NCBI RefSeq assembly: GCF_001194135.2
Contig: NC_068986.1
Coordinates: 22,138,956 to 22,202,955 of the forward strand
Length of the DNA stretch: 64,000 bases
Origin: Octopus bimaculoides
Taxonomy: Eukaryota
Direction: 5' to 3'
The notes under the pieces: generated by a model
The model's input: only the letters and a program-made list of their open reading frames with translations
Databases searched by the model: none
Told to the model about the DNA's origin: nothing
In this document: positions 39,931 to 54,000 of the stretch, piece by piece
How positions within the stretch are numbered: the stretch's first letter is position 1
How the letters are laid out: every line of letters begins with the position of its first letter
Position numbers and translations under genes: made by a program

Positions 39931-40743
39931 GATAATGTTCTACAATATTCTGGATTCAATTCAAAGTACTATACAGGCTTATACAAAACTAATTAAGATT
40001 GTTTTTGTTGATTAGTCCTGTCAGACCTGATCACACAGACCTATGGTTCAAGGCTGTCATCCAATAACCATCCAACCATATTTTTACAGTAATAGTGCAC
40101 TTTAGATTACATTATTCCAATGCACCATTTAAAAAAAATGCTAATGTGTGATTTTCAGGAGATTTGACAGCTATTTCTAACAAATCAAAAGACTGTGTAT
40201 AGACTCCCTCATTGGCTCAATAACCAAAATCTTATGCCAAGGCAAAAAGAGATCAATATGCATCGTACTAAGTGAACTTGCTTTGTACTGGAACTTAATA
40301 CATCGATAAAACATTGTTTATAAGTTTGCAATTTGACTTGCTTCCATTCCTTTTGGATAGCGAACATTAATTAGCTGATATTGAAACCTCTCCTTCAACT
40401 ATGACTATCTCAATCATGGCCCATTAAGCTTTTTGTCAACTAAACAGGAAAAGAGATTAATATAACCAAGAAACAGATTAGGTTTCATGAGTAGAAGTAA
40501 GTTCATTTTCATCTTGAACCAAATAAATTTGATACATCTCATCCCATAACCATTCCATAAAATTTTAAGAAAGTGCATCTGAACAAAATCTGTAGCATTA
40601 TCCCATTTCCTTTACAACACAGAGAAGATTATTAAAACAAAACAAAACAAAAAATGCAGTGAAAATTACCTGGAATTCATTTTTAAAGGAAACATATTTA
40701 GAATTTTACAGGTATTTTCTTTAGATCCAGTGGAATGACAGTG

Positions 40744-40794
<51 letters not shown>

Positions 40795-41088
40795 TACACA
40801 AGGAGCTAAAAGATTTTGCATGAACACTCAGCTCTGAGTGCAATGTTTCTTACAGCAGCAACAGCTGTAAGCTAATGAAAGTGATTATGTAACTCTTGTT
40901 CTTTGTCATTCATTAATTGAAACATCATCACATATCATCATAATCATTTAATGTTCGCTTTCCATGCTGGCATGGGTTGGATGATTTGAACAGGGCTGGC
41001 AGGGAGCTGCACCAGACTCCATCTGATTTGGCATGGTTTCTATGACTGGATGTGTAGATATATACATGTTTTACGTCTGATTACATAC

Positions 41089-41138
<50 letters not shown>

Positions 41139-41141
<3 letters not shown>

Positions 41142-41492
41142 GGAGTGGCTGTGTGGTAAGTAGCTTGCTTACCAACCATATGGTTCCAGGTTCAGTCCCA
41201 CTGCATGGCACTTTGGGCAAATGTCTTCTACTATAGCCTTTGGTTGGATTTGGTAGACGGAAACTAAAAGAAGTCCGTCGTGTGTGTATATACATATGTA
41301 TGTGTGTGTATATGTTTGTGTCTGTGTTTGTCTTCCCAACATTGCTTGACAACTGATGCTGGTGTGATTACATCCCTGTAACTTAGCGGTTCGGCAAAAG
41401 TCACCAATAGAATAAGTCCTAGGGGTTGATTTGCTCGACTAAAGACGGTGCTCCAGCATGGCCACAGTCAAATGACTAAAACAAGTAAAAGA
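41139..41492 (+). mobile_element. SINE family A copy
   Basis: Same head, body and tail as 28833-29225. Confidence 0.9.
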
Positions 41493-43699
41493 ATATATAT
41501 GTATCTTTGAGATACAGATCCTTATTTATGCAACATCACTGAAAGTACTAACTTCCAGGTAGTTCATCAGGTTGAAGTGCCACTTTTATCATTATTTTAA
41601 TTAGTCAGAAGAGGTACAGCATCCATTCCATTACTTCTGAAAATTAGGAAGATCGATGCCTTAATGTTGGAGCTTCTGCAAGTAGACTTTTATGAGAAAA
41701 GCATGGGTAGGAGAGGAATTCCAAAGGGTTGCAAGTGGAAGAAACGATTGTGAAAAGTATTTAGAGTAGTGTTTGAAGTAAAGAAACACATAGTGAAAAT
41801 AAAGAGAAAAGTGTAGAGGAGAGAAGATTTGGAACACAGTTAGTTGGAACAGAGACCATCGCGGTGATGCTAGAAGAGGAAGAGAGAAGTAATGTATCTG
41901 TGAGTGGGTGGTTGTAACATGCTGGGGATTGAATATTTAGCTAAGTTGCCTAGTAGTCAAATGACCTTCTTTTTGGTGCAGCTTAAGGAATTTTGTGTGT
42001 GTGAGAGAGAGAGAGAGTGTGTACCATTGTTACAAGCCAACAATACTTTTTGCTAAGTCCATGAAAAGGAAGCCTAGTTTTGGGGAATGCATGCAAATAC
42101 CCAAACATGCTCACACAGTCATTACAAGAGATTATCAAAGATGATGTGGTCTAACAAAACTAGTTAATCATACTGTCTCAATGCAATACACTGCCCTACC
42201 ACCATCTACTGGGATGATGATACATAAAACAGTATTGTTTTCATGTAATTCAATGAATTTTCTTTAAGAAAATGTCTCAAGCATAATTTGTGTTTCTGAC
42301 TGCAATGTCATTGGCTTTTTTCTTTTATCTGATTTTGATGGGAACATGTGCTCTTATCAGTGCTCTGCAATCATTTTTCACTTGAGGTAAACTTATATTC
42401 TTTTCAAAATTTGGCACCACACCTGAACTAAAAGTATAACTAAAAGTACAGGGAAAAAAATTATATTCAGGTAACATTGTGGCACACCTAGCATCGTCTT
42501 GTGACACAACAGTGTGCCGTGGCATACAAGCTGCAGAGCGGTGCTCTAAACCACAATGCATTTAACACAATAATATATGGAGCAGGAAAATGGTAGAAAG
42601 TTAACTCGGGGCCAATAATGTTGAATGATTAATTCTAAGATTTATTGATGGTCACTGCAAAATGGAATGATTAGAAACTGTCCTAATTTAAAAAGAAAAA
42701 AAATTTCAATTAATATTATACATCTCTGGGGTATTGACTAAAAAATCACCTAAATTTTTCTTTCTTAGGTTTGAATAATAAGAATTATTACTATCAGGAC
42801 ATACTGAAACTTGAAGGCTTTCACACAATAGCTCAAAATGGTTTCAAACTTGGGATTTTTATAGCAGGATTATTTATATAATACAGTGTACTGCTAATAA
42901 GCTAATAATAATGAATGAATCAAAGGTAATTTGGTCATGCTATACTCAAAAGAAATGAGTAAACTCCTGGTTCTATCAAAAATATCTTTCCAAAACAGTC
43001 ATTGTTATTCATTATAAATAATAAGCAATTATGGTTGTTTTTTTTGTTTTTTTTACAGAATTCAAATTAATTTGTCAAAAAAGATAAAGTAGAAAATTTC
43101 ATTTTCTCTCTTTCTAAGCAGCAGCTGCACACACTTGTTCAGATTTACTTAGCTGGAAAATACTTAACACAATGAGATAATACCAATTAACAAAACTAAT
43201 GCAGTAGTGTAGCAAACATCCTCAAGTTAGACAAAAAAAAAAAAAAAGAGAAAAGAAAAAGAATTTGCGACCAATTCAGGTATTTCTAATTTTGACTTAA
43301 CTACTATTTTCTTCCTCCCAATTATCCAATGTTCCAATTTCCTTCTTATTATTATCATTGGCAGAATTGTTAGCAAGCTGGGCAGAGTGCTTAGCAGAAT
43401 TCCGTCTTTATGGGTCAATAAAATAAGCACCAGTTAAATACTGGGGTCGATGTAATCAACTTAACCCCCCCACCCTAGAATTACTGACCTTGGGCCAAAC
43501 ATTAGCAATTTTAATATAACTTTCTGGATAGAATTTGAGAAAACTAAGTAATGGTCTGTGTTGGTAAATAGTAAATGCAAAAAGGTGAAAAAGTGGAGAA
43601 AATTTGTTTGCTGTGAGGAAGAGGAGGAGGAGGAGATAATCTAACATTTTGGGTAGGACACTTCATCAAAGGAATGAGAAATAAACAATTATCAATAAG

Positions 43700-44050
43700 A
43701 CCAGGCACAGCAATATGGTTAAGAAGCTCGCTTTGCAAACACATGGTTTCAGGTTCAGTCCCACTACAAGGCACAGTGGGCTAGTGTCTTTTACTGTAGC
43801 CCTTGGCCAACCAAAAGCTTGTGAGTGAATTTGGTAGATGGAAACTGTGTGTGTGTGTGCTCACATGTGCATCCACCCACTGCTTGACAACCAGTAATGG
43901 TTTCTTTACATCTCCATAACTGAGCAGTTCAGCAAAAGAAACAGATAAAATAGGTATCAGACTTAAAAATACTGGGATTGATTTGTTTCACTAAAACCCT
44001 TCAAGGTGGTGCTCCAACAGGGTCATTAGTCCAAGGATTAAAACAAATAA
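43700..44050 (+). mobile_element. SINE family A copy (diverged)
   Basis: Head gttaagaagctcgctttgcaaacacatggtttcaggttcagtcccac and the family A tail. Confidence 0.8.
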
Positions 44051-44624
44051 AATGAAAGAGAACACAAATGTCCTACAGACAGACAACTCTGCCTTCGACT
44101 GCAATGTTTATAAAATTGAAGTTGACTGAACACTTTCTAGGAAGTAAATCCTAGAATGTGTTGATGTAGTTTCATGCAGTTAAACTAATTGTATAGTTTC
44201 TAATACTACAGCACATGAAGTTACTATTGCTTTGTTAAATCCCATGTTGTGTAAATAAAGCAAAAATGTGAAAGAACAGTTTCTTGTAGCAAATTTGTTT
44301 GTTTCTTTTTATCATCAACAGAACAGAGTCCTCAGAAGAGTAATTTAGAAAGAGAACAATTTGGTTGTCTATGATTTCATCAGAGATGACCTTGTCTAAT
44401 CATGAGAGGCCAAAAATGGAGCACACTACATAATCTAGTTCTCTCAGGTGTAGCTAGTTAACAGTCCAGGTTTCACAAAAGGCTACAAAGAAATGGTGTC
44501 AGGACACAGCTGTGCCTCATCCATAAGAGTCGCTCAAAATAGACCAGATACTGTTAGACACTATTCATCACATGCTTACACACATGTAAATACAGACTGA
44601 CACACTGACACCTTGTATGTTCTT

Positions 44625-44985
44625 TTATTTATTTTTTGTTTCAGTCATTTGACTATGACCATGCTGGAGCACCGCCTTTAGTCGAACAAATCGACCCCAG
44701 GACTTATTCTTTGTAAGCCTAGTACTTATTCTATCTGTCGCTTTTGCCAAACCGCTAGGTTACGAGGGATGTAAACACACCAAGGACAAACACAGACACA
44801 CAAACATATACACACACACGTGTGTATATGACGGGCTTCTTTCAGTTTCCATCTACCAAATCCACTCACAAGGCTTTGGTCAGCCTGAGGCTATAGTAGA
44901 AGACACTTGCCTAAGGTGCCATGCAGTGGGACTGAACCCGGAACCATGTGGTTGGTAACCAAGCTACTTACCACACACCCACTCC
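44625..44985 (-). mobile_element. SINE family A copy (reverse)
   Basis: Reverse complement of family A. Confidence 0.9.
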
Positions 44986-45275
44986 CACATATACNNNNNN
45001 NNNNNNNNNNNNNNNNNNNNNNNNNNNNNNNNNNNNNNNNNNNNNNNNNNNNNNNNNNNNNNNNNNNNNNNNNNNNNNNNNNNNNNNNNNNNNNNNNNNN
45101 NNNNNNNNNNNNNNNNNNNNNNNNNNNNNNNNNNNNNNNNNNNNNNNNNNNNNNNNNNNNNNNCCATAATGAAATGTGAGCTAGATGAGGTTTCCTTTGC
45201 AACCAGTCTAGATGAGAAGACCTGTCCAACTCATATGCCTGCATGGACAATGTAAAACGATGATGATGATGATTA

Positions 45276-45323
<48 letters not shown>

Positions 45324-46486
45324 TGAAATTTAATCATTTAATTCTGGAAATTTGTTTATTGTGAGAACATCACAAATGTTGAATTAAATTTGATAACAAA
45401 ATTATTTTTTGAATGAGACAATCACCGAGAGGTTAATATTCATGACTGCTAAACTGAAGGTTAAAAATTGAAATGTAGTTATAATTAGTGTGTTGACTGT
45501 TTGACAAAACACATAGCTATGATTGACTTAGTTCTGCCTGGCCAACTTCTGGTCTTCTTAATCAAGAAATGGTTACTATAATAATATAAATAATATATAA
45601 ATATATGCATATATACATACATATATGTACATACCTACATATATATGTATATATACATGCATATATGGGTACAGGACATCAAACAAACATTAAACACAAT
45701 GAGAAATGAAAACATAGAAAACAAACTTTTTTCGAACAACGAAAAAAACAGAGAAACGAGACATGCAACATAAAGAATATACCCCTTCTTCAGTTGTCCC
45801 TGTTTCATCTACTCCGCGTTTCGAAGGTAAGGACAATATGCGACTTCATTGAAACTATAAAATACACCTATCTATCTATAAACAGAATTGCACCAATAAT
45901 GTGTGAATGTTTAATTTGTAGAAACCATCATCATCATCACCATCATTTAACGCCTGTTTTCTGTGCTGGAATGGGTTGGATGGTTTAACAGGAGCTGGCC
46001 TGCCAGAGGGCTGCACCAGACCCCAGTTGTCTGTTTTGGCATGGTTTCTGCAGCTGGATGACCTTCTTAACATCAACCACTTTACAGAGTATACTGAATG
46101 CTTTCTATGTGCCATCAGCATGGGTGCTCTATATGTGGCACCAGAATGAGTGCTTTTTACATGGTACAGGCACATTTTATGTGGCACCAGCACCCGTGAG
46201 CTTGCAAAATAAGGACCTCTCACCTGAGAGAGGGAATGGAACCAAGCGATTAGAGTATGACAAGGAAGGCAGGAGAGAGTTAGATAGAAAGACAGCTGGA
46301 GTGATAGTGAGAGGGCCAGCCCAACGGTAACAGTGGGAGTAGTATAAGTAGTCCAGAGGGGACAGAGGAAGATGTTAGGGAAAATAGTTATTAAATGCTT
46401 AATAATTTAAAGAAAGTAAACTGGAGGCTAGGAAATATATAGATATAATAAGTGATAGATGAGTAAAACGAAAGGGTGAGAGAGAG

Positions 46487-47249
46487 CAGTAGCGTAACTA
46501 GGCGGGGAGGGCAAGCGGGGGATTACATGCCCCGGGTGCTGATTGAAGTGGGGGAGCCGAGTGGGGAAGATCACATACCCCGGGTGCCGATTGAAGGGGG
46601 AGGCAAGCGAGGTGGTGGTGGGGGGATCACTTGCCACCCCGGACGCCAATTGAATGGGTGGGAGATCACGTGCCCCTGGCGCCGATTGAAGGGGGAGGCA
46701 AGCGAGGTGGTGGTGGGGGGATCACTTGCCACCCCGGACGCCAATTGAATGGGTNNNNNNNNNNNNNNNNNNNNNNNNNNNNNNNNNNNNNNNNNNNNNN
46801 NNNNNNNNNNNNNNNNNNNGGGGGGGGATCACATGTCCCGGACGCCGATTGAAGGGAGGGAGCGAGTGGGGAGATCACGTGCCCCTGGCGCGCCTCATCA
46901 AAAGCAAGAAAGATGAGACTTCAAACAATTGTTTTTTTTTTTTTATTACTTCTCATTTCACATATCAGGTTTTTTACTGTTTCAATCGGAGAAGCTGGTG
47001 CATTAGAGGGTTAAAATAAGGAGGTTTCGGAAAAGTAAACATTCCAAAAATATATTTTGAATTACAGGCTCTACCGAACTGGCAGGTAAATGAACCCTGG
47101 TAAAGTATTTAGTCCTAAAATATCGCTTTAAAACATTAATTACTTGTAACAAACAAGTACTATATAATATTGTGGATTTTGAATGGAGGGGGGGGGGGGC
47201 ACATTTTTGCAACTTGCCCCAGGTACGGTTTACCCTAGCTATGCCACTG
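46487..47249. mobile_element. Non-autonomous hAT-like element carrying a GC-rich minisatellite
   Basis: 16-bp TIRs CAGTAGCGTAACTAGG / CCTAGCTATGCCACTG (13/16, all differences are transitions); flanks agagagag / ggagagag (7/8). Confidence 0.75.
46515..46895. repeat. GC-rich minisatellite, ~95-bp unit made of two ~47-bp sub-repeats; interrupted by a gap
   Basis: gattgaagggggaggcaagcgagg recurs at 46589 and 46684; the gatcac...attgaa sub-unit recurs throughout. Confidence 0.9.
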
Positions 47250-50200
47250 GGAGAGAGAAAGAGAAAAAGAGACTAGGTAATAGTTTAAACTAACTTAGTT
47301 GTTGAGTACTCTCAGTGAATAAATGCCTTGACTAGACAAATTGGGACACATTGTATGGTGGTTAGTTATCACACACACACCACCACCACCATCATCGTCA
47401 TCATCGTCACCATCATCATTTAACATTCATTTTCCATGCTGGCTTAGGTTGAATGGTCTGATAGGATCTGGCAAGCTGCAGAGCTGTGTTGGACTCCAAT
47501 GGCAAGGTTTCTACAGTTGGATGCCCTTCCTTGTGCCAACCATTTTACATTGTATACTAGGTGTCCTTTTTTTTGTGGCACCAGCACCAGTGAGGTCACC
47601 AAGTAACTTGCAAGACAAAGAACAGGAAAAAGAAAAAGCCCCCTTGATTGAGTGGGAGTGTGGTTGAAGGAGGAGGAGGAGGAGGCTAAAGTACAATAGA
47701 CAAAGTTGTAAAGTATATAAAAAATATATTCTGCATGGTGCATGACTTGGGTGAAAATGAGCATACAGTCAGCTTTTAAAGGTTGGAGTTTAGTTGATAG
47801 CTTTGACCTCAGTATATGACTGGTACTAATTTTATTGAGCTGAAAGGAAGGAAGGCAAAGTTGATCTCAAGGAGATTTGAATATACAATGTAAAGAGCTA
47901 GAAAAAAAACACTGCAAAGCAATTTTTGGGTATTCTAACAATTCTGCCGATCTTCTTCTACTACTACTACTACTACTAATAATAATAATAATAATAATAA
48001 TAATGATTTAAAATTTTGATACAAGGCCAATAATTTTTTTTGAGAGTGAGAGTAAGTTTATTACATTGACCCCAGTTCTCAACTGGCACTTATTTCATTG
48101 ACCCTGAAAGGATGAAAGGCAAAGTCAACCTCAGTGGAATTTGAACTCAGAACATAAAGATGAATAAAATATTGCTAAGCATTTTGCCCAGTGTGCTAAC
48201 GATTCTGCCAGCTTGCCGTTTTAATATTATTAATAATATTAGTAGTTCTTGATTTAAGCAGGAGACCAGTTATGTTGAGGGGAGTACTCAACAGGTACTT
48301 TATTTTAATGACTGACCCCAGAAGGACGAAAAGTAAATTTGGCCTCAGTAGGATTTGAACTCAGAATGTAAGGAACCGAAACATATTTGAAAACATTTTT
48401 CCAATGCTCTAACAAGTTTACCAGTTTGCCACCTAAATAGCGATAATTATTAATAATGATTTCTAGTTTAGGATCAAGGCCACAATTTTTGGAGTTCCTT
48501 TTTTTGGGGACAGAACAGGTGTTAGTTGATTGAATTAACCCCTATATTAGTTTGCTACTTTATTTTATTGAACCCAGAAGGACACAATAGGAGTTAATAT
48601 AATAACAATAATCTTGTTAAGAATAATAATCTTTGTATCATTCTAATTATAGAATATGTACAACTGAAGATCTTTCCTCATTATCCAGCAGATGACAGCA
48701 TAACAAAAACAAAAAAATTAAGCTAAGATTGTAACGATGAACTAATAACGATAAATTGTCCACTGCGCCAATTACTATTCTTTCAGTTTTCAATTGACAA
48801 ATACCACTGGAAATGAACCCCTAATGCTAACTATGTTTCAGAGGCACAATGAAACGAAGCATCTTGAAATGGTACATTAATAAGTATCGAAACCTGGAGA
48901 TATCTGACCATGAACAAGACTGCCCGGAGATTCTGCACTCTCAACATGATAAATAACACATAGCAACAGTCACATCTGCCTTGCAACTTATAGCACACTG
49001 TTATTACTTCTGCTGCAGTTACTACTGCTACTATAGATGAAACTTATACAATAACATTGCCCCTCCCTCCTCCCTACAAAAATAAGCTTTAACTCTATCA
49101 AGATGGAAGGTAGGAGCGACAGAAACTGTTGGGTACTGGACTGAATTAGTCACAATATTTTGTTTCATACCTCTACACACCTATTCCAAATCTAACAAGG
49201 GTGGGGTGACTTCGCTTTTTTCATCCATTCAATGAAATAAGTGCCAACACTGATGTTGATTCATTCATTCTTTTTTTCATTGAACCTAAGCACCATCTGG
49301 AACCTTCTCAGAACTGGAGCCAATTCATTCATCTATATGCCTTACCTTAAACACTTAGAAACTTGAACTGATGTGATAAATCGTTTATATATCAACCTTT
49401 TAGCATTCAGATGACTCTGTCAGATGTAATGCTTATTCATTCATGTTGCTTTGAATTACTCATGCATTATCTTGTAGCTTCAAGATTTCGATGATGTGAT
49501 TGTTTATTTTTAGAATGACATTGTAGGATAGGTGTGAGAGGCTGGATCTAGTCAGTTTGAACGTAAAACAGATACAATATTTTTGGCTGGACATGGCCAG
49601 CTTAAATGCTAAGGAGTTAATGTATTTTGCTCTTATGAGAAGTAACGCCACACACTCAAACGGGAGTCGAAAGTGCGCAGGGCTGTGGAGTCTGTACACA
49701 AAATCTTTCACTTCTCAATCAATAACTGCATCAATTCTGACCAATCCCTCAATTTTACTGTGCCATCAATTCCAAGTGAGAGACTCCTCTACATGTAATT
49801 AGACTTAGCATATAAAGCAAACATGGAGAATACGAACCACCAGGCTACATTTTAAGCACCCTAACCTGTTAAAGTTTGAGTTTACTGGATATACCTAGCA
49901 GTGGTGGTGTTTTTAAATATTAAAGTTACAAACAATTAACCACAAGACAAGCTTAGATAACTAGAAAAAAAAAAGCTGATTGAAAGCACACACCTTACGT
50001 AGCTAATATGAATCATCAAACTATTTTTTATCATCCACCTAACCATGTGGTTTAATTAAATAATTATTTATATATTTAAATAATAAAGCATAAGAAAAGC
50101 TTAGAAAAAAAATGAAGCTGATTTTATCAAAAGTCATAAAGAAAAAAGCTATAAATAAAATAAACTGTAAAAATATTATAAAGGAAAATCAGGAACATGT

Positions 50201-50664
50201 TTAACAGTTCAAAAATGTAAAAAAGAACATCATTTAAATCTAAAAGATTGAACACTTAAAGCAACTTAAATGACCATTTTAAAAGAAAGAGACTCAATTA
50301 GACACATAATCCTTCTTTTCAAGTTAAAGAACCATGTGAATGTAACATGAAAGATCACATGAAATGAAATGATTACATCGTAAAATATTGAACAGTTTAT
50401 CTCCAAAAACCAGCCATATTGAACCCCAAAATTCTACTTGTTTTATGTTCAATCTGCCAGATCTGGCCTCTTGCATCTACCCTACAATGTTATTCTAAAT
50501 ATAAATAATCATGTCATCGTAATCTTGAAGATTGGATGCATGATTAATTCAAAATAATGTAACTGAATAAGCATTGCATTTGACAGAGTCATCTAAATGC
50601 AAAAGGGTTAAAACTATGGAATAGAGGTAAAAATTAAAAATCCAAATGTAAAATTTGCTAGACA

Positions 50665-51057
50665 TAGGAGTGGCTGTGTGGGAAGTGACTTGCTTACCAA
50701 CCACATGGTTCAGGGTTCAGTCCCACTGCGTAGCACCTTGGGCAAGTGTTTTCTACTATTGCCTCAGGTTGACCAAAGCCTTGTGAGTGGATCTGGCAGA
50801 TGGAAACTGAAAGAAGCCCGTTGTTTGTGTGTGTGTGCGCGCGTGCGTGTATATATGTTTGTGTGTCTGTATTTGCTCCCCACCATCGCTTGACATCTGA
50901 TGCTGGTGTTTACGTCCCCGTAACTTAGCAGTTTGGCCAAAGAGACCAATAGAATGAGTACTAGGCTTACAAAGAATGAGTCCTGGGGTCGATTTGTTCG
51001 ACTAAATGCGGTGCTCCAGCATGGCTATAATCAAATGACTGAAACAAATAAAAGAAT
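50665..51057 (+). mobile_element. SINE family A copy
   Basis: Full-length match to family A. Confidence 0.9.
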
Positions 51058-54000
51058 AGCATTGTGTTCTTAGAAACAGAGTTGCTTCTACTGGATCCTT
51101 TACAGAAGCCCTTAAATCTGATTTGATAATTTTTTTCTCACGTTAGTATCTGTGAAACTGAAAATTTTGATGCATTATCATACATTTTACATTTAGTTGA
51201 AGTCAGAATCAGTAAAACTGACTCCAGCTCTAGAAATCCAATAACTGCTTCCTACTCTGACTCCAACTTTGCAGCCCTGAAAATATCAGTAATCATTAGG
51301 TTAGCCAAGATTAGTACACTCCTACTGCCCTCTGCCATGGAACATTACAAAACCAAGTTAAATTTTATTTTCAAAATGTTTAACATTTTAACCCTTTCGA
51401 TATCAGCCTGCTTCAAATAGACTCTAGTCTTACAATATGAAATCATCCATCTTAAAAAGCTCACATTTGAATTAATGTTGAATATTATAATTTTATGCAA
51501 GAACCAGCTAACAAATGAAAAAGTTATTCTTGATTATTTTCATCATCATTTAAGGTCTATTTTCCATGCTGGCAAGGCCAGGGGCTACACAAAGTTCCAT
51601 TGTCTATTTCAGCTTTGTTTCTGCAGCTGGACATCCTAACGCTAACCACTTTACAGAGAGTAGTGGTTGCTTTTTATGTGGCACCAGCATGCAAAAAATA
51701 CCTATTCACAACATATTTCATTAAAAATGTGGTCTTGAAAAAGTACTCTCAATTGATTTCAACAATCACACTGTTTGTAAAGTGACCTATTTAAAGCTTA
51801 ATTTTAAGATGCAAATTTATCAAAAGTTTTCTAGATTTCTAAATGTTTTACTCTGGATAATCGTTGAGAAGACGGTGTTGCCTTAGCAGAGGTTTGTGCT
51901 CTCTGAGTGCTCTTGTTTAGGATATATTTACATAGATACCACCTGAAAAATAATAGACTTCTATTATCACTACCATCACCCACCATTCAAAAATTACTAC
52001 AACACACTCTTGATAGCTACAATACAGACTACTAATAATCAAAGAGAGGTACTACAACATATTCATGTTATTTTTTTCTTCTTTTTGGGTGTGGAAGAAA
52101 GGGTTGTGCTTATATAGCTGTCACAACTCTTTTAAAACTTTGTGAGATTGAGGTCATTAATATATTTCACTTGAAGTATAGCAAGTTGACAGCTGCAAGA
52201 AAAAACATGTGTAGAGAGGGACCTCTAGAAGGTCGAGGTTTTACAAAGAGGAAGGACCTGGGAAGTAACAGTTCAAGATTTGGGTCAGTTGGACGTAATG
52301 TGGTTTAAAATTAATTCTGGCACAAGACCAGCAATTTTAGGGGGAAGTCAATTAATTACATCAACCTCAGTTCTCAACTGGTACTTACTTTATTGACCCC
52401 CAAAAAGATGAAAGGCCTTGGCAGAATTTGAACTCAGAATGTAAAGAGCCATAAGAAATGCCACTATTTTGTCTGACATGCTGACAATTCTACCAGCTCA
52501 CTGCCTTTGTGTTGGACTTAATATAAATGGTGAGAGGAGGAGGGCTGAAGGCAGAGTGCAAGTGACATGCGACAAAACAGTTCAGAGAAGCAGACACCAT
52601 TGTAGTAGAGCTAGAAAAAGTAGTGAGGAGACACAGCCTGTTTGTGGGTCAGAGGTTGGAATATGTTTATGAGTAACTTCTAATTTATCTAGTGACCTTT
52701 GGTTGGTTGGAATCTAGGATGACTATGTATGTAACAGAAGCATTGTTCCTGATATTGAAACTGTACTCCACTGTGAATCTCATCTAAACTATGTAGAGGG
52801 GCTTGTAGTTGTTGTAGTTGTATTTTCTGAATTCAAAGAGCAAGACCAGGCTTGGAGATATAGTCCTTGCTATGTTGAGGAACATGGCTTAGAGGTTAGG
52901 GTGTTGGACTCATGATTGTAAGACAGTGGTTTTGATTCCTGGACCAGGTGATGCATTGTGTCCTTGAGCAAAACACTGCATTTCAATCCAATCAGCTGGC
53001 AAAAAATGAGTAACTTCGCGATGGACTGGTGATGGATTTTTTTCTGCGATAGTACCATTTACAGAAACATCATAACTAGTTTGAATGTACATGGCCTCTG
53101 CAACTATTTATAAAAAAAAAAAAAACACAAACAAACAATGTATCAGCAACACTGATGAACCATGGTGTAAGTGTCAAGCAAAGAAGCAAATTAAATAAAT
53201 GGCCTGAGGTGATTGTCTTGACCAATTTGACACCATTAGAAAAGAAATCCTAAAAGCAATAAAGAAAACATTGTGATGGGAAAGTGGTTGAAATCGGATG
53301 GTAAGTGATGGTTTCTTTATGAAGGAGATAATTCCATCTCAGTTTTATAGGTTAGATTATATTTGTTTCTTGTCCATCCTAAATATCATTGTTGGTCCCA
53401 TACAATTGAAACAAACTGCAGCAACAATTTATCTCTTTTAGCCCAGCTATTTCACTGGTAAGAACTAAGAAAACAACCACCCTGCACCAATTCATCTCTA
53501 CTGATACCCAAGCAATGAATGCAGGGCAAATTTGTGTAACATCCTACATGTTTAAAGTGCTAGACATATTAGTCATTCCTAAACACTTAATTGCTATAGA
53601 TCTGACCGCCAACTACAAATAAAATCATCCTTTTTGCATTACCACATATTTTATTTAGTGCACTGAATTTAAGTAGAGCTTTTTCTTAAGTAAGTGGGTG
53701 AAATGAAGTTTATTAAAACCAAAACTACATCAAGTAGCAAGGAAATATTTAATTTCAGTAGACTACTGAAACTCATTATAAGTGCTGTGCATTCAAAGAT
53801 ATAAGGTGGAGTTGGCACTAGTATCCAAAGTGCTAGTGGATAATAAAAGCACCTGAAAAACAAAATAACGACACATGGAATGAAGTTAAGATGGCTATCA
53901 AATTTTCTTATAAAAAACTCTAAACATCTAGGACATGTTCCACAGCCAAAACCAGAAAATAAGTAGAACAAAATGAGTATGGTTATAAAATAATAATGCA

